Origin: Nitrosopumilus sp.
GTDB lineage: Archaea > Thermoproteota > Nitrososphaeria > Nitrososphaerales > Nitrosopumilaceae
Reading direction: 5' to 3'
DNA length: 64,000 nucleotides
Assembly: GCA_965205215.1 (NCBI GenBank)
Contig: OZ242041.1
Location: 864,001 to 928,000 of the forward strand
Made by a program: the position numbers and the translations under genes
The notes under the pieces: generated by a model
The model's input: only the letters and a program-made list of their open reading frames with translations
What the model was told of the DNA's origin: nothing
Databases searched by the model: none
In this document: positions 31,905 to 43,678 of the stretch, one piece after another
How the letters are laid out: every line of letters begins with the position of its first letter
Position numbering within the stretch: position 1 is the first letter of the stretch

Positions 31905-32289
31905 GTTTCGGATAACTGAGAACCAGCTAGAAAAGAGAGCACAGATACAACTAAAATAATGCAGACAAGGACGGCCTCGTTTGCACTTACATTCATAATT
32001 TAAAAAAGGGCGAAAAGTCAGTAATAAGACTTACTTGTGAACTAGCAGGGATTATATACTTGAGTTAGCTGGGCACGAAAATCCCTGGGATGTAGGAGTG
32101 TGGTTTGACCAGTGCAGGCAGAAATGCCGACGAGGCGCCGCCCAACCTTACATTCGGGAATGGTGATCCAATTCTGGATACATTTATGGGCGCTCCCCAA
32201 ACAACGGCATCCATGATCTGCACTGGCCAGGACGAAAACGGGCAAAAACCGGAGTGTAACCTTAAGTATAATTCAAACTACCATACACT

Positions 32290-32739
32290 ATGGTATCAAT
32301 CAGGGTATGGCACCCTCCCGGACTCAAAGAGGTAATAGAGGAAGCATACCACAGTCTGGATGCATGGACACGTTTTCTTGAAGACATCATACAGGATATA
32401 TCAGCAAGGGGTAAGTTATACCACCGGACACGTTCCACGTTTATAGATAAGAAATGGCGCACTGTGCAAACAGAGGAGTTGGACAAATCAAAGCTAAAAC
32501 TAAGTGAGGGGGTGAGACACAAGTACATGGACATGACCATAATGAAAGTAGATGCTGACACCCACCTCAACCTGACCCTGATGTGCAGAATCAAGCAACT
32601 GGTAGTACGTCTAGAAGAGCAGAGGAAGGGGCTGTTTACGTTTGAGTACATGCTGTACCTCCAAATGCATGAAGCGATGCACGAAAAGGCGTTGGAGATG
32701 CTGCGCAGGAAGGCTGAGGAAGAGAGGAAGCGGGACTGA
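32290..32739 (+). CDS. Hypothetical protein
   Basis: First of three closely spaced co-oriented ORFs. Confidence 0.55.
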   Translation: MVSIRVWHPPGLKEVIEEAYHSLDAWTRFLEDIIQDISARGKLYHRTRSTFIDKKWRTVQTEELDKSKLKLSEGVRHKYMDMTIMKVDADTHLNLTLMCRIKQLVVRLEEQRKGLFTFEYMLYLQMHEAMHEKALEMLRRKAEEERKRD

Positions 32740-32744
32740 TTTCC

Positions 32745-32930
32745 ATGAAAAAGACAAGGGCCATAGAGTTCACAGGTGAGAATCGTATTATCGACCTGGA
32801 CGAATTCTTGATGCAGCCAAACGTAAGATATGTTGACTTGAAGGTAAGCACTGTGACAATGCATGGGCAACTCATAGAGGGAGTGGTGCTGGTCTACGAA
32901 GAGGACGACGGTAGCATTACCGGGGTGTAA
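32745..32930 (+). CDS. Small hypothetical protein
   Basis: Operon-like spacing and an ATG start. Confidence 0.5.
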   Translation: MKKTRAIEFTGENRIIDLDEFLMQPNVRYVDLKVSTVTMHGQLIEGVVLVYEEDDGSITGV

Positions 32931-32936
32931 AACTAG

Positions 32937-33416
32937 TTGCATTCAGACTTCAGGCTGACGCAAGAACAGATAGAAAAAGCAGATGCCTATGACAGCGAAA
33001 AACATGCCTACGTACACCATTACTTGAAAGACTACTTTAGAGAGAAACTGCCTCTGTTGAACCGACCAAAACATACGGTAGACTGCTTGGTTCATGAGTG
33101 GGAACGTTACATCGTTGAAGATGCATACAGTGCAGGTGGAGTGGGATCTTGTCCCGGAGATTCATTCGCAGACTGGGAAAAAACTTTCTCAATACATAGC
33201 ACAGCCAGATTTGAATGTAAGGACGACTTTCAGATAGGATACTTTTTGGAGTATAGGCACAGGGATCTGATACGCATCTTGGAGCAATTGCATACGATGT
33301 CAGACAAGATGCTATTATGTGGCAAAAAGTTTGATGAAAATAACCAACTGATCATAACTACTGGAGGTATGAAGAATAGTTTTTCTTCAATACTTGGTTA
33401 TTCTTTCTACAAGTAA
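32937..33416 (+). CDS. Hypothetical protein
   Basis: Operon-like spacing. Confidence 0.55.
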   Translation: MHSDFRLTQEQIEKADAYDSEKHAYVHHYLKDYFREKLPLLNRPKHTVDCLVHEWERYIVEDAYSAGGVGSCPGDSFADWEKTFSIHSTARFECKDDFQIGYFLEYRHRDLIRILEQLHTMSDKMLLCGKKFDENNQLIITTGGMKNSFSSILGYSFYK

Positions 33417-33502
33417 TGAGCCTTACTGTGTTTAGTCGCCCTCTGAACGCGTCCAACTACTGTTGACTCACATGGTAAAGTTGCCCGTGTCATGCTCGAA
33501 GT

Positions 33503-34069
33503 TATAGCTGCGATCAAAAGTTCTTGAGTATCGGTGCAGCCCATCTGTCAAAGTATGCGTACATGTCAAGCTTGAGCTTTGATGTCCTAAAGTACTCGGA
33601 CACTGCCCTTCTCATGTCGGCAAACGAAGGGTAATATTCTGACACCAGCAAGCAGTGCTTTGCCTACCACCAGTGCTCCTCGATCATGTTGAGATATGGT
33701 GACTCATGCGAGAGGCAGACGGATCTGACGTCCCCGTTGCGCCTGAGCTTTTTCCTCAGAGCCTTGGAGCGGTGCTGGGGAACCCTGTCCAGAATCACGG
33801 CTATGCCGCCTCTCTTGAAGCGTTCGATCTTACATGGAGACCAGATCGGAACACTGTATCGGCGGGTCTGCCGCATGCCATATGCCTTCGTCGTTTATGC
33901 GCACCGTGTCTACCGCAGCCATCCTGATCTTGACCCGGTGGTCTCTTTTCTTGTATGCTTTCTTCAGATCCCCGGTCTTGCCGTTGACATACCGAGCGTG
34001 ATACGAAGGGATCAAAATTTGTTTCCGTTTGACAAGTTGATCTCTCAAGGACTTTTGCGTCTAGCTATA
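33503..34069 (-). mobile_element. Internally deleted IS630-family remnant
   Basis: Ends tatagctgcgatcaaaag / cttttgcgtctagctata; VILD..H and SPYLNMIEEHW fragments. Confidence 0.7.
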
Positions 34070-34122
34070 CCTGTCTGTGTCACATCGACAGTATTAATTG
34101 ATCCTACGGCGCACAACACGCA

Positions 34123-36219
34123 TTGAACATCAGGGCGGTAAGGCTGAGAAACTTTCTCTCGTTAGGCGACAATACGCCCGAGATCGAACTGTCTGGACTC
34201 ACCACGATCGTGGGACCCAACGGCTCGGGCAAGACCAGCCTGCTGAGGGCCATTGAGGTGATCGGCAGTCATATGATCCGGCCCAGGCTGCTTCCGGAGG
34301 TATACCATCACAACGGGGATGTTGTGTCCCAGGTCGAGATCGAGATTGATGTGGAGTTCGACTACGATGAGGTACGGGTCATGTCGGATTTTCTGACGTG
34401 CGCGTGCGTCGCCCAAATGGAGTCGAATGATATTCCGTATGGGGATCGAGAAAAACAAGTTCTCAAGAAGATCCTACAGGGTAACGGCATGAAGCATTCT
34501 GCGGATATGTGTAGCAAGATGACCGTAATCCTGCGCACCGAGGGCAGATCAACACTCCCAAAAGTGATCCTCCGGATCGGCAAGGGAGACTGTCGTCTAG
34601 ACGTGAGGAATGGCAGAACCGTAATGGTAGCAGGTATAGAGAAGAGGATGCGCCGTTATGTTGTGGACTTAATCCTTGACAGGGCTTCGGCCGAGGTCTC
34701 CGGCCTGAAATCCCATCTGTCTAAAAGAAACAGGAAACAGCCAGCCGACCTAGATGACTTTGCGGTGGATATATTTAAAATGGTTGAAGACACCGGTGAC
34801 GATGCGTTCACGCTCGGCGTGTTTCGACCAGACATAACTGGGATTATGAAAGAAGTTCACCGGAAGTTCATACGTACGCTGAATTTTTTGGGCGATGGGG
34901 TGGAAGGTATAATCAGCTTCGACACAATAGTTGGGCATCTGTTCTCAAGATCCATAGTAAAAATGTCAGAAATGCAGACGCGGCCTGAAGAAATGTCACT
35001 TACAAGAAACATGCAGGAGACAGACGTTGAGAACATCACGGGTCTGGATCTCGCCCGAACGTTGTTCCTGATGAGTAATAGCGATGATCCCGCCACGATA
35101 CTACGATACAAGAAAGTCATCTTAAAGATGAATGAGATGACGGGGCTGGATGTCAGTATCCAGATAAAGCATACACAAAACAAAAAAGATCATCCGGCAG
35201 ATCCCAAAATTGCCGTCAGGTTCGTGAGAGACACGCTGCCGGTTCCGGCCGAGCTTGTGGCCGGCGGTGACATTGAATTACTGACTATCCTGACCACGTT
35301 GATCGGCCGGAGTGGCAAAATCCTACTCTTGGACGAACCCGCGTCAAGCCTGCATCCGAACAGGCAGAAGGAGATGCGTAAGCTTATGCGCGAGACATCG
35401 GAAGAAGATGGAAATCAGATCGTCCTAGTCACACACTCGCCCTTCCTGACGGATCCATACGGCCGCGAGCCGCTGTGGAGGTTCGCCCCGGATAAAACCG
35501 GGACGAAGGTGGCAGACATCGTAAAGATATTATCCGAACACAGAAACGGAGGGAAGATTATGCAGCATGTAGATGTCCGCTCCATGATGTTTCAGCAAGG
35601 CGTGATCATAGTGGAGGGATTGTCTGACAAGATTCTGATCGAGTCTGCGGATCGACTCATGGCCGAGAGGGAGGGAGGTGGGCCCGGCATCACGAGCGGC
35701 GAATGGATGATACTGGAGGCAGGTGGGAAGGATTCAGTCTTTCCGCTCTCCCGCTTGGCAGAAGAACTGGGCATATCATACATCTCAGTAGTGGATCGTG
35801 ACGCCCTTATGACGCACGACGAAAAGACGAAGATAGGTGACCGTAATGTACAGACCTCGTCTGCCATACGGCACATAAATGAGACACATGGGCTGTCTAA
35901 TGGGGAACGGAAGACCATAATGGATGCAGGGCTCTGCACATCTGCAAACGGTGGCCAAAAATATGACTCAGACGACTTTGATACCCTGAATAAGATCGCC
36001 CGATCTCACAACATACACGTGCTGGATAGTGACATGGAGGGGATTGCCGGGATAAAAAAAAGGAAAAAAGACAGCAAGGTGGAACGCGCACTGAATCTGA
36101 GCTACCAAATGCGCGAAAACAGCTATGTTCCAGAGGGATTGGCGGATCTTGTGCATTCGCTTGGTGAGGTAATCGAGGATACGAGTAGCAGCGGCAACGC
36201 CGAACCGCCGCCATCATAA
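34123..36219 (+). CDS. OLD-family ATP-dependent nuclease (ABC ATPase plus TOPRIM)
   Basis: GPNGSGKTS, LLLDEPASSLHP, VTHSP, VEGLSD and VDRD. Confidence 0.85.
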   Translation: MNIRAVRLRNFLSLGDNTPEIELSGLTTIVGPNGSGKTSLLRAIEVIGSHMIRPRLLPEVYHHNGDVVSQVEIEIDVEFDYDEVRVMSDFLTCACVAQMESNDIPYGDREKQVLKKILQGNGMKHSADMCSKMTVILRTEGRSTLPKVILRIGKGDCRLDVRNGRTVMVAGIEKRMRRYVVDLILDRASAEVSGLKSHLSKRNRKQPADLDDFAVDIFKMVEDTGDDAFTLGVFRPDITGIMKEVHRKFIRTLNFLGDGVEGIISFDTIVGHLFSRSIVKMSEMQTRPEEMSLTRNMQETDVENITGLDLARTLFLMSNSDDPATILRYKKVILKMNEMTGLDVSIQIKHTQNKKDHPADPKIAVRFVRDTLPVPAELVAGGDIELLTILTTLIGRSGKILLLDEPASSLHPNRQKEMRKLMRETSEEDGNQIVLVTHSPFLTDPYGREPLWRFAPDKTGTKVADIVKILSEHRNGGKIMQHVDVRSMMFQQGVIIVEGLSDKILIESADRLMAEREGGGPGITSGEWMILEAGGKDSVFPLSRLAEELGISYISVVDRDALMTHDEKTKIGDRNVQTSSAIRHINETHGLSNGERKTIMDAGLCTSANGGQKYDSDDFDTLNKIARSHNIHVLDSDMEGIAGIKKRKKDSKVERALNLSYQMRENSYVPEGLADLVHSLGEVIEDTSSSGNAEPPPS

Positions 36220-37113
36220 CTACTGCTGCAGCAGCGCCTAACTTTCCAGAACCTTCTTCATCCTCCCATACCCTTTCCGGTTATTTCGTCGTTGATGTCC
36301 ACTATCTTCAGCACGTCCAGCGGATTTTAGGAGGGCGCAGCGTCCCTGATAATCTTGGCTTCCATCTTTTTCACCTTTGCTTCCTGTAGGGGGTGGGACA
36401 TCCACGTGACCTGAAAGTGGCCGGGGCAAGCGACCCGCCCGCGGGCCGGCAGGCTGCGGGCACATAGGGCGTGATTCCGGATTTCCGGCTCTTGCATTAG
36501 AATCCGGCCAGGCGCCCATGTCCAGAGAACATGCTTTTCGCCAGAAGATTCGCACCCATATCGTGCCTTTTTCCGGTCTCATCTAGGCAGCTTGGACAGG
36601 GCCGGGCAGGGCCGGACGGCCGTTCCAGTCGCGAATCTGGGTGAAAGTTGCGACGTTTAGGGGATCCCGGATACGTGAGGGGGAAGGGCCCCATTTGCCC
36701 CGCTATTCGAATACAGGCGCCGCGTTCTGACAAAAAAGAGATGCAACTGTCTCTCGTCCGCCTGCATGATTCAGGCGTGGTTCGCCTGCCTGCCTGGGAC
36801 CATCATGAAGATTTTTCTTCACAATGATGTCCTAGCACAGACGCCTGTCATCCGAAGCGCGTCTGCAGGGCCGGGACGGGTTTTGCCGACTATTTCAGAC
36901 CCAGATCAACGCAGATCGTGCCTAGACGGGGCTTCTCTCAAGGGTGAGTATGCAGGCCGTTGCGCATTATGTGGATTTACACCCACTGATATGACATGAC
37001 TGCACCGGTGCATGAGCTTCCGGTGTATGTCCTGCTGTAGCGCGATGGAGTGATCCTTGATCTGCTGCCTTACTCATTATCAACCCTATCTGTTGCGTTC
37101 CATCTTGAGCGGC

Positions 37114-37413
37114 CTATCTGGTCTCGGGAGGTTCGGAGGCGTCTATTCCGCCCTCCCCAAACCGTTGCGCCCACATCAAGACCCAGTTCGAACCCTGCAT
37201 GAACGAATCGGCCACGTGCTGAGCGCTCTCTTGGTTGTAATACGCCATGTTCACCGCGGCCATCCTCTTGGCCACTCGCAGATCCTTTTCTTTTCGATAT
37301 GCGCGTTTGACCTCTTCTCGAGACATTTCAGTCATGCGGCGTGTCAAGTAGTATGATCAATAAAAGCTCCGTTTAGAATAAGTGTTTGCTCATGAACTTT
37401 TGCTCTTGACTAT
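37114..37413 (-). pseudogene. IS630-family N-terminal HTH remnant
   Basis: KRAYRKEKD.RV..RMAAV...W..RF.EGG. Confidence 0.6.
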
Positions 37414-37441
37414 GGCATAATAGTTATTAGTCCAAGATACA

Positions 37442-38590
37442 GTGATTCAAATTATGATAAAAAAACCATCAATCCCACCAATTCTTGATGATATTGGATC
37501 GGCAAATTTATTTAATCAAATTATGACAAATTGGATTGAACCAGAAATCAAAAAAAGAAAAGTATCTAAAACATTAACAGCCAATTTCATATTCAACAAA
37601 TGCCTGATTTTATTTCCTCCAAAAAAATCTCCAATTGTTAAGTTTAATCAAGAATGTCAGTTGCTTGTACTTATGAGCAAGCACAATATTGATACGCTAG
37701 TAAAAAACCAACCAGTTTACATTCATCAAGTTAAAGAAATCATAGATGTGATGCCACCAACCATTAATGATGTACAAGTACCGTTTATTTTTTTAATCAA
37801 AACGGATGAATTTTGGCACATGTTTTTTGACCTTGCTCCAGATACAACCAATAAGTCAACAGATAATTGGATTTTAGGGAAACAGATGGCAAACTCATTA
37901 CAACAATCATTAGAAATAGAAACAATTATTGTTTCTACACGTGCTAATAAGTTATTAAACAGAATAGGTTTGTGGTGTGCCCCTTCCTTGGTTTTGTACC
38001 CGCTCAATAGAATGATAGAGCGCTTATCTGAAAATGACGATGATGGTGCGATCAAAATACTATTGGAACACTGTAACGGTAAATTCCTTGACACCATGAC
38101 TACACATTGGTTTAAAAATACATTTTTTGCAAAAAGAAAAAATCTAATTATAGATTCAGTATGGGCACATGGCCAAAAAAAATACACCCTTGCAATCTAT
38201 ACACTCATACCCCAAATCGAGGGAATAATGACGGATTGGTTAGAACATAATAGACATGTCCCAAAACGCCAAAAAGACAAACTTAAAGAATTTTTTGAAG
38301 CAATGTCGCAAAATACTATAGATACTGTCAACATGATCTCTAAATCAACGCTAAACTTTATAGAAAATTTAGTTTTCGCTGCATTTGAATGGTCCGATGA
38401 AATATCGTACGTGTCTCCAAAGAGACACCCAATAGAGCATGGAAAATATGTGAGGAAGATGTACACTAAGAAAATTTCCATTCTAGTGTTTCTTTTACTT
38501 GATACCATTCATTATTTGATTTCAACTACCGAGCCTGCACCACCTCAGAGATCATCCAAAACATCCTCACAGGGTAAACCTATAGTGTGA
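37442..38590 (+). CDS. Low-GC protein with a HEPN-like C-terminus
   Basis: LIPQIEG and RHPIEH (RxxxxH); very AT-rich. Confidence 0.6.
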   Translation: MIQIMIKKPSIPPILDDIGSANLFNQIMTNWIEPEIKKRKVSKTLTANFIFNKCLILFPPKKSPIVKFNQECQLLVLMSKHNIDTLVKNQPVYIHQVKEIIDVMPPTINDVQVPFIFLIKTDEFWHMFFDLAPDTTNKSTDNWILGKQMANSLQQSLEIETIIVSTRANKLLNRIGLWCAPSLVLYPLNRMIERLSENDDDGAIKILLEHCNGKFLDTMTTHWFKNTFFAKRKNLIIDSVWAHGQKKYTLAIYTLIPQIEGIMTDWLEHNRHVPKRQKDKLKEFFEAMSQNTIDTVNMISKSTLNFIENLVFAAFEWSDEISYVSPKRHPIEHGKYVRKMYTKKISILVFLLLDTIHYLISTTEPAPPQRSSKTSSQGKPIV

Positions 38591-39161
38591 CGCAAAAAGG
38601 CGGATTATATACTTGAAACCTCGGAGATTTACCACCGCGGTTGTTGACGAGTCCATATTCGTCAACGGCCCGGGAAGCGGCGTAAAATACTGGTCGCTGA
38701 GGGGAGCCCCCGTCATAACCGCATACAACGGAAGCCACGACAGGATAGTGGCGTACGGCGCGCTCACGACGGACGGCGGGCAGTTTGTCAGGACGTACGG
38801 GGGATCGACAAGGAGACGTTCCTGAAATATCTGAAGGCGCGGGTCGGCCACTTTGGCAGGACCGCGGTAATCGTGGACAATGCGTTGTAGCACAGGGCCA
38901 GAATAGTACGGGAATACCTGGAGGGGGAGGAGCCAAGCGCGAGGGTCATCTGACTTTCCAAGGCAACGCCGGAACTCAGCGTGGTCGAGGAGTACTGGCA
39001 CTAGTCAAAGCGCGATCTACTGGTCAGCGAATATTACTCGACGGTGGTGCATATGCGCCGCGCCTTGCAGGGTATTTTAGAATGGCGCGCCCCAAACTTG
39101 ACGCAATGAAATTCATCAATAGAACGTCTCTGCCCTGCAAAAACCTTTGATCGTCACTATA
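38581..39161 (+). mobile_element. Internally deleted derivative of the IS630 at 30837..31904
   Basis: Same termini and a homologous 3' half; the HTH region is missing. Confidence 0.8.
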
Positions 39162-39790
39162 GGTCTGGTTTTCTACCAGCCTCGGTACTGTTGGCTAGGT
39201 TGGGGGAGAAGGAACCCAGCTAGAATGAAAACATCTACTTTCATACAGCTTAAAGCCAGCAGAGGAGTGACGAGGGCTAGAGGGCCTAGAGTAGGACCAC
39301 TAGCGTTCATACGGCTTAAAGCCCGTGGGGAGAAGACAGAGGCAGGACAAAGACCAAGTTTACCACCGATCAGAAGATCCAGATAATGCTAGAGTCAATC
39401 AGAATTGTTATCGATACTACGGAACTGTGCCGCAAGCAGAGTACGTCCGCCAACGTTTCAGACATGGAGACAATAGTTCATGTGTGCAGGCAAGGCCGAT
39501 TGTCACACCTTGGTGGCCTGATCCCGGCTGTAACAGGAGCGGCCTGCCGAGCCCAAAAGAAGGCGAGAATTGCTGTGTCCGGTCGAGGACGGATGCCCTG
39601 AGGCGCCTCCAAACTTCCACGGACATAGGCCTTCCGCGTGGAGCATACGGGGCGTTTGTGTCGCTTAACGGCCGGATGATGGATTGTAACGTTTTAGTCG
39701 ACAAGCAACCCGAGCCTGTTATGCGCCCGCCACTGTGATGGGTCGGGCGATGATGGGTCGAGCGATGACAGAGATTCTGATTGTCGTGCC

Positions 39791-39868
39791 GTGCCGGTGC
39801 CCCGTGCCGGTGCCCCGTGCCGGTGCCCCGTGCCGGTGCCCCGTGCCGGTGCCCCGTGCCGGTGCCCC
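39791..39868. repeat. 13-bp VNTR x6 (gtgccggtgcccc), module B
   Basis: Read directly. Confidence 0.95.
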
Positions 39869-40085
39869 CCGTCCTGGAGCCTGCCAGAGTCGTCAAAGTC
39901 TACAAAGTCCAAGACATTGACGACACCAGTGCCCGGACTGCCCAAAAGCCTGCAAGCTTAAAGGATCCTCGTGCGGGAGCGCGGCGGAGCCGGGCGCCTG
40001 GCTGCGGCGACAAGTTGGATTTCGTTTGCGAATGCTGTTCCAAAACTTCTCGTCCGTTTCAAGAGTCGGGACATGCCGCGGAACG

Positions 40086-40200
40086 ACTGAACGCTGAACC
40101 TGCCGCCGCCGCCCGGACGTGCCTTTCGCGGAAAGTTGGGCCGCCGGGCCCGACGTATATGGGAGGGGGCCGCCGCTAAGCGGCCCCCGGTCGTTTCGGG
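40086..40200 (+). other. Conserved twin-hairpin element, copy B
   Basis: Core gggagggggccgccgctaagcggcccccgg. Confidence 0.85.
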
Positions 40201-40493
40201 ATCGTCGCTCGTGAGGAACGTTCGTTTTTCTATATCTGTGGGTAAATGCGAGTCCCGGCGCCTGCCTGCCCGGCGTGATGTGTCGAGCCGGAGCGTTGTC
40301 CGGATGCATGTTCTGCACGTGTACGGTGCACGTTGTGCATCTGGGATGTGCGGATTATGCATGCCGGAAAACCTCGGAAATACAGATTGTGCACCGTTGC
40401 CGTGTAGATTGTGCACGTGGGGGACGCCTTGCGGCCCGTGCTCGTGCACTTCAAGCATTTTGGGCCTTTTATGCATACGGGAGCCTGCGGCGC

Positions 40494-40817
40494 GTGGAGC
40501 TTGAAGACATCCAGAGAAAGGTCCAGTTCCGGCAGGGATCCTATGCCGTGACCATACCGCTCCGGATAGTCCACGCGCTGGGGATCCGCAGGGATCAGTA
40601 CGTCAGGTTCGCCGTCTCCAAGAACAAGGTCATCATAAAGCCCGTCGAGTCCAACATTACGAAAAGGGATGTGGCCGAGGCCGACCGGGACTCTGCCGCG
40701 CTCGACAGGTACGGGGAGCGGGAGGACGCCGGCTACATGGGGGACCTCGCCGAGGCCCTAGCGCGCAAGCCGGATGATGCGGGATCCGGCCGAATCGAGA
40801 AGCTCAGGATGAAGTGA
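40494..40817 (+). CDS. AbrB/MazE/SpoVT-type DNA-binding protein
   Basis: RKVQFRQGSYAVTIP....LGI...YVRF....VIIKP; TATA-like element about 25 bp upstream of the GTG. Confidence 0.82.
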   Translation: MELEDIQRKVQFRQGSYAVTIPLRIVHALGIRRDQYVRFAVSKNKVIIKPVESNITKRDVAEADRDSAALDRYGEREDAGYMGDLAEALARKPDDAGSGRIEKLRMK

Positions 40818-40896
40818 CGCCCGAAGATCTCCATTTTCTGCCCCCCGTCCGGCCGCCCCCCGTTTCCTTGTCCGGGGGCTCTCGGATCATACGTGA

Positions 40897-41445
<549 letters not shown>

Positions 41446-41741
41446 TAGTGTGGGAGCGCGACGGACTTGGCGGGTTTACTACAAACCGTGGTTACTGGCC
41501 TCGGAGCGGCGGCGCGTGCCGTACGCCGCCGCGACGTTCTGACTGCGCATGTCTGGGAAACAACCTAGCCATATACCGCGCGGATCGATCTTCGATTTGG
41601 AAAAGCCGCGAACCTGACAGAAGCTGCTACTCCGGGCGCACCGGCCACATGCTGATCGATGCGGCGCGTACGTGCCGTACGGAGGGAAAAGAGTGACGCA
41701 AACGCGGGCGCGCTCTGGGAGTCCGGGTATGCTGTGGTGCA

Positions 41742-41862
41742 ACTGAACGGTGAGCAGGCCGGCGCGCCGCCGGCCGGACGTGCTTTTTGCGGAACAGCCG
41801 GGCCTGGCGGCCCGGCTGTACATGGGAGGGGGCCGCCGCTAGGCGGCCCCCGGTCATCCCGG
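41742..41862 (+). other. Conserved twin-hairpin element, copy C
   Basis: agccgggcc-tggc-ggcccggct followed by gggggccgcc-gcta-ggcggccccc. Confidence 0.85.
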
Positions 41863-41930
41863 GGTTGTCGTTGTGGTGACGTGCCAATATGCGAGTGGGA
41901 TGTTCGACACGTGCCGTCAAATCCGTGGCG

Positions 41931-42186
41931 CCCTTTGCGCGCTTTGCGCCCTTGCCAAAAACACCCTTTGCGCGCTTTGCGCCCTTGCCAAAAACACCCT
42001 TTGCGCGCTTTGCGCCCTTGCCAAAAACACCCTTTGCGCGCTTTGCGCCCTTGCCAAAAACACCCTTTGCGCGCTTTGCGCCCTTGCCAAAAACACCCTT
42101 TGCGCGCTTTGCGCGTCCATATCACGCCAAGAGCACCCTTTGCGCGCTTTGGGCGCTTGTCAAGAGCGCGCTTTGCGCGCTTTTTT
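41931..42186. repeat. 33-bp tandem array (5 perfect plus degenerate copies), module C
   Basis: Unit ccctttgcgcgctttgcgcccttgccaaaaaca. Confidence 0.95.
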
Positions 42187-42217
42187 CCCCTTAAACATAT
42201 CCAGGGCGTCACTGGTT

Positions 42218-42529
42218 ATGGACAGCGAGAAGACCTTGGAGCGGAGGATCCAGCTGAGGGGGCGCTCCTTTGTACTGACGATCCCGCGGGCCGTGATAAA
42301 AAAGATGGAGATCCGTAACGGGCAGAGCGTAAGATTTCTGGTGGGGGACGGGGAGGTCGTGATCAGACCCATGAGCGCGGGGACGGGTGACGGGACCGCG
42401 GACTCTGAAGGCCCCGACAAGTACGAGAGGGCCATAGAGGAGATGATGACCAAGGACAAATCCGAAAGGTCCGGCGGCCGCGGTGCGGCGTCCGGGAGGA
42501 GCAAGCTGGAAAGGCTCCGGCTCAAATAA
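42218..42529 (+). CDS. AbrB/MazE/SpoVT-type DNA-binding protein, paralog 2
   Basis: RRIQLRGRSFVLTIP...MEI..GQSVRF....VVIRP; TATA-like cttaaaca at about 42190. Confidence 0.82.
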   Translation: MDSEKTLERRIQLRGRSFVLTIPRAVIKKMEIRNGQSVRFLVGDGEVVIRPMSAGTGDGTADSEGPDKYERAIEEMMTKDKSERSGGRGAASGRSKLERLRLK

Positions 42530-43000
42530 TCGCAACCCGGACCTCGCGCCCTTTCCCGCCTGACAGCCGCGCAGGCCTGCTACATCCTCGGGCTCTGGGA
42601 GCGCCATTGTCAGCCGTACGCCGCCAAACCGCCCCGCCGCCCTTCATCCTCTGCCTGCATTCCGGATCCTTTTCAGAGTGCCGTGCACGGCATGTCTCCG
42701 ATGGTGAAGGGGGGCTTCCTCGGTTCGCGTGCGGTTCGGTGGATGGACACCTGCTACTGTCGCTTTCAGACTGATCTTTCAAAGCCTCCGTGGGCATCCC
42801 ATCACGCTTCCGCGCCCTTCACCGCCTGCTCTTGGCGTCCTCCGACTTGGTTTCTGCCCGTCTTGCCGGATTCTCGCTGACATTCGCGATTTCTCGCGTC
42901 TGGATTCTTCCCCCTCCCCCCACGCCTACTCCGTGGGCGTGCCAAGGCTGCCCGGGTGATAATCTGCGGCAGGGACAGCAGCAAGGCAACGGGCTACGGC

Positions 43001-43048
43001 AGTTACCCGGTAACAATCATGGTGCACTATGATTGTTACCGGGTAACT
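43001..43048. repeat. 48-bp near-perfect palindrome
   Basis: agttacccggtaacaatcat-ggtgcact-atgattgttaccgggtaact. Confidence 0.92.
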
Positions 43049-43124
43049 ACGTCGTAGGTGGTGGGACGTACCCGTGTCGTGGAACGCCTGCCTCCGGTTG
43101 GTCGCTGCAGGCAGCCGCCGCCCT

Positions 43125-43282
43125 CCGCCCGCTGTTCGTGCGCGACATGCGGGCCATGGAGCGCCGCAGGGATGGAGTGGGGGGGGGGGCAGACCGGCAG
43201 ACACCCCGTTGCACCCAATCGTACGCGCGGTGATCCTGATTATCCTTTGTAGCGCTGCGGGAGTGGCATGATCCGGGTGGTC
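43125..43282 (+). pseudogene. Degenerate 3' fragment of the ISH3-like transposase
   Basis: Homologous to about 12178..12322 (shared tcctgattatcctttgta and gatccgggtgg). Confidence 0.65.
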
Positions 43283-43678
43283 CATTCTTGCGGATCTGTT
43301 CCGTATTGAACCCTGGCCATACCCGGAAAGAATCATAGAGCTCGTTGATTCTTTCCGGGTACGGACTGCATTGTCGTGCCGGCTGCCTGTATTAATCATC
43401 TACAGGCCTGCCGCATCTGTCACATGCGCATCCTTGCCGCCGTCCGGGCCCAAGGGCGGGGGCCCGCACCGCGGGACGGACGGACGGGTGGAAAAGGGGA
43501 CGGGGTGCCGACAGGGGCGGCCGCGTGGCGTGGGACACCCAGGTGACATGGTTGCAGTCCGGAGGCATGTCCGGAAGACCCGGGCGGCTGCAGCTGGCAG
43601 GCGGCAGAATCCTGACTGGAACCGGGATCAGCGGCAGATGCCATTACTCAGAAACGGGATTCTGTCACGCCGGCGCCG

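Noticed and set aside
39240-39323. Two ttcatac(a/g)gcttaaagcc copies 66 bp apart as a mini-CRISPR
   Set aside because: Only two short copies; more likely a local duplication or tandem promoter-like boxes.
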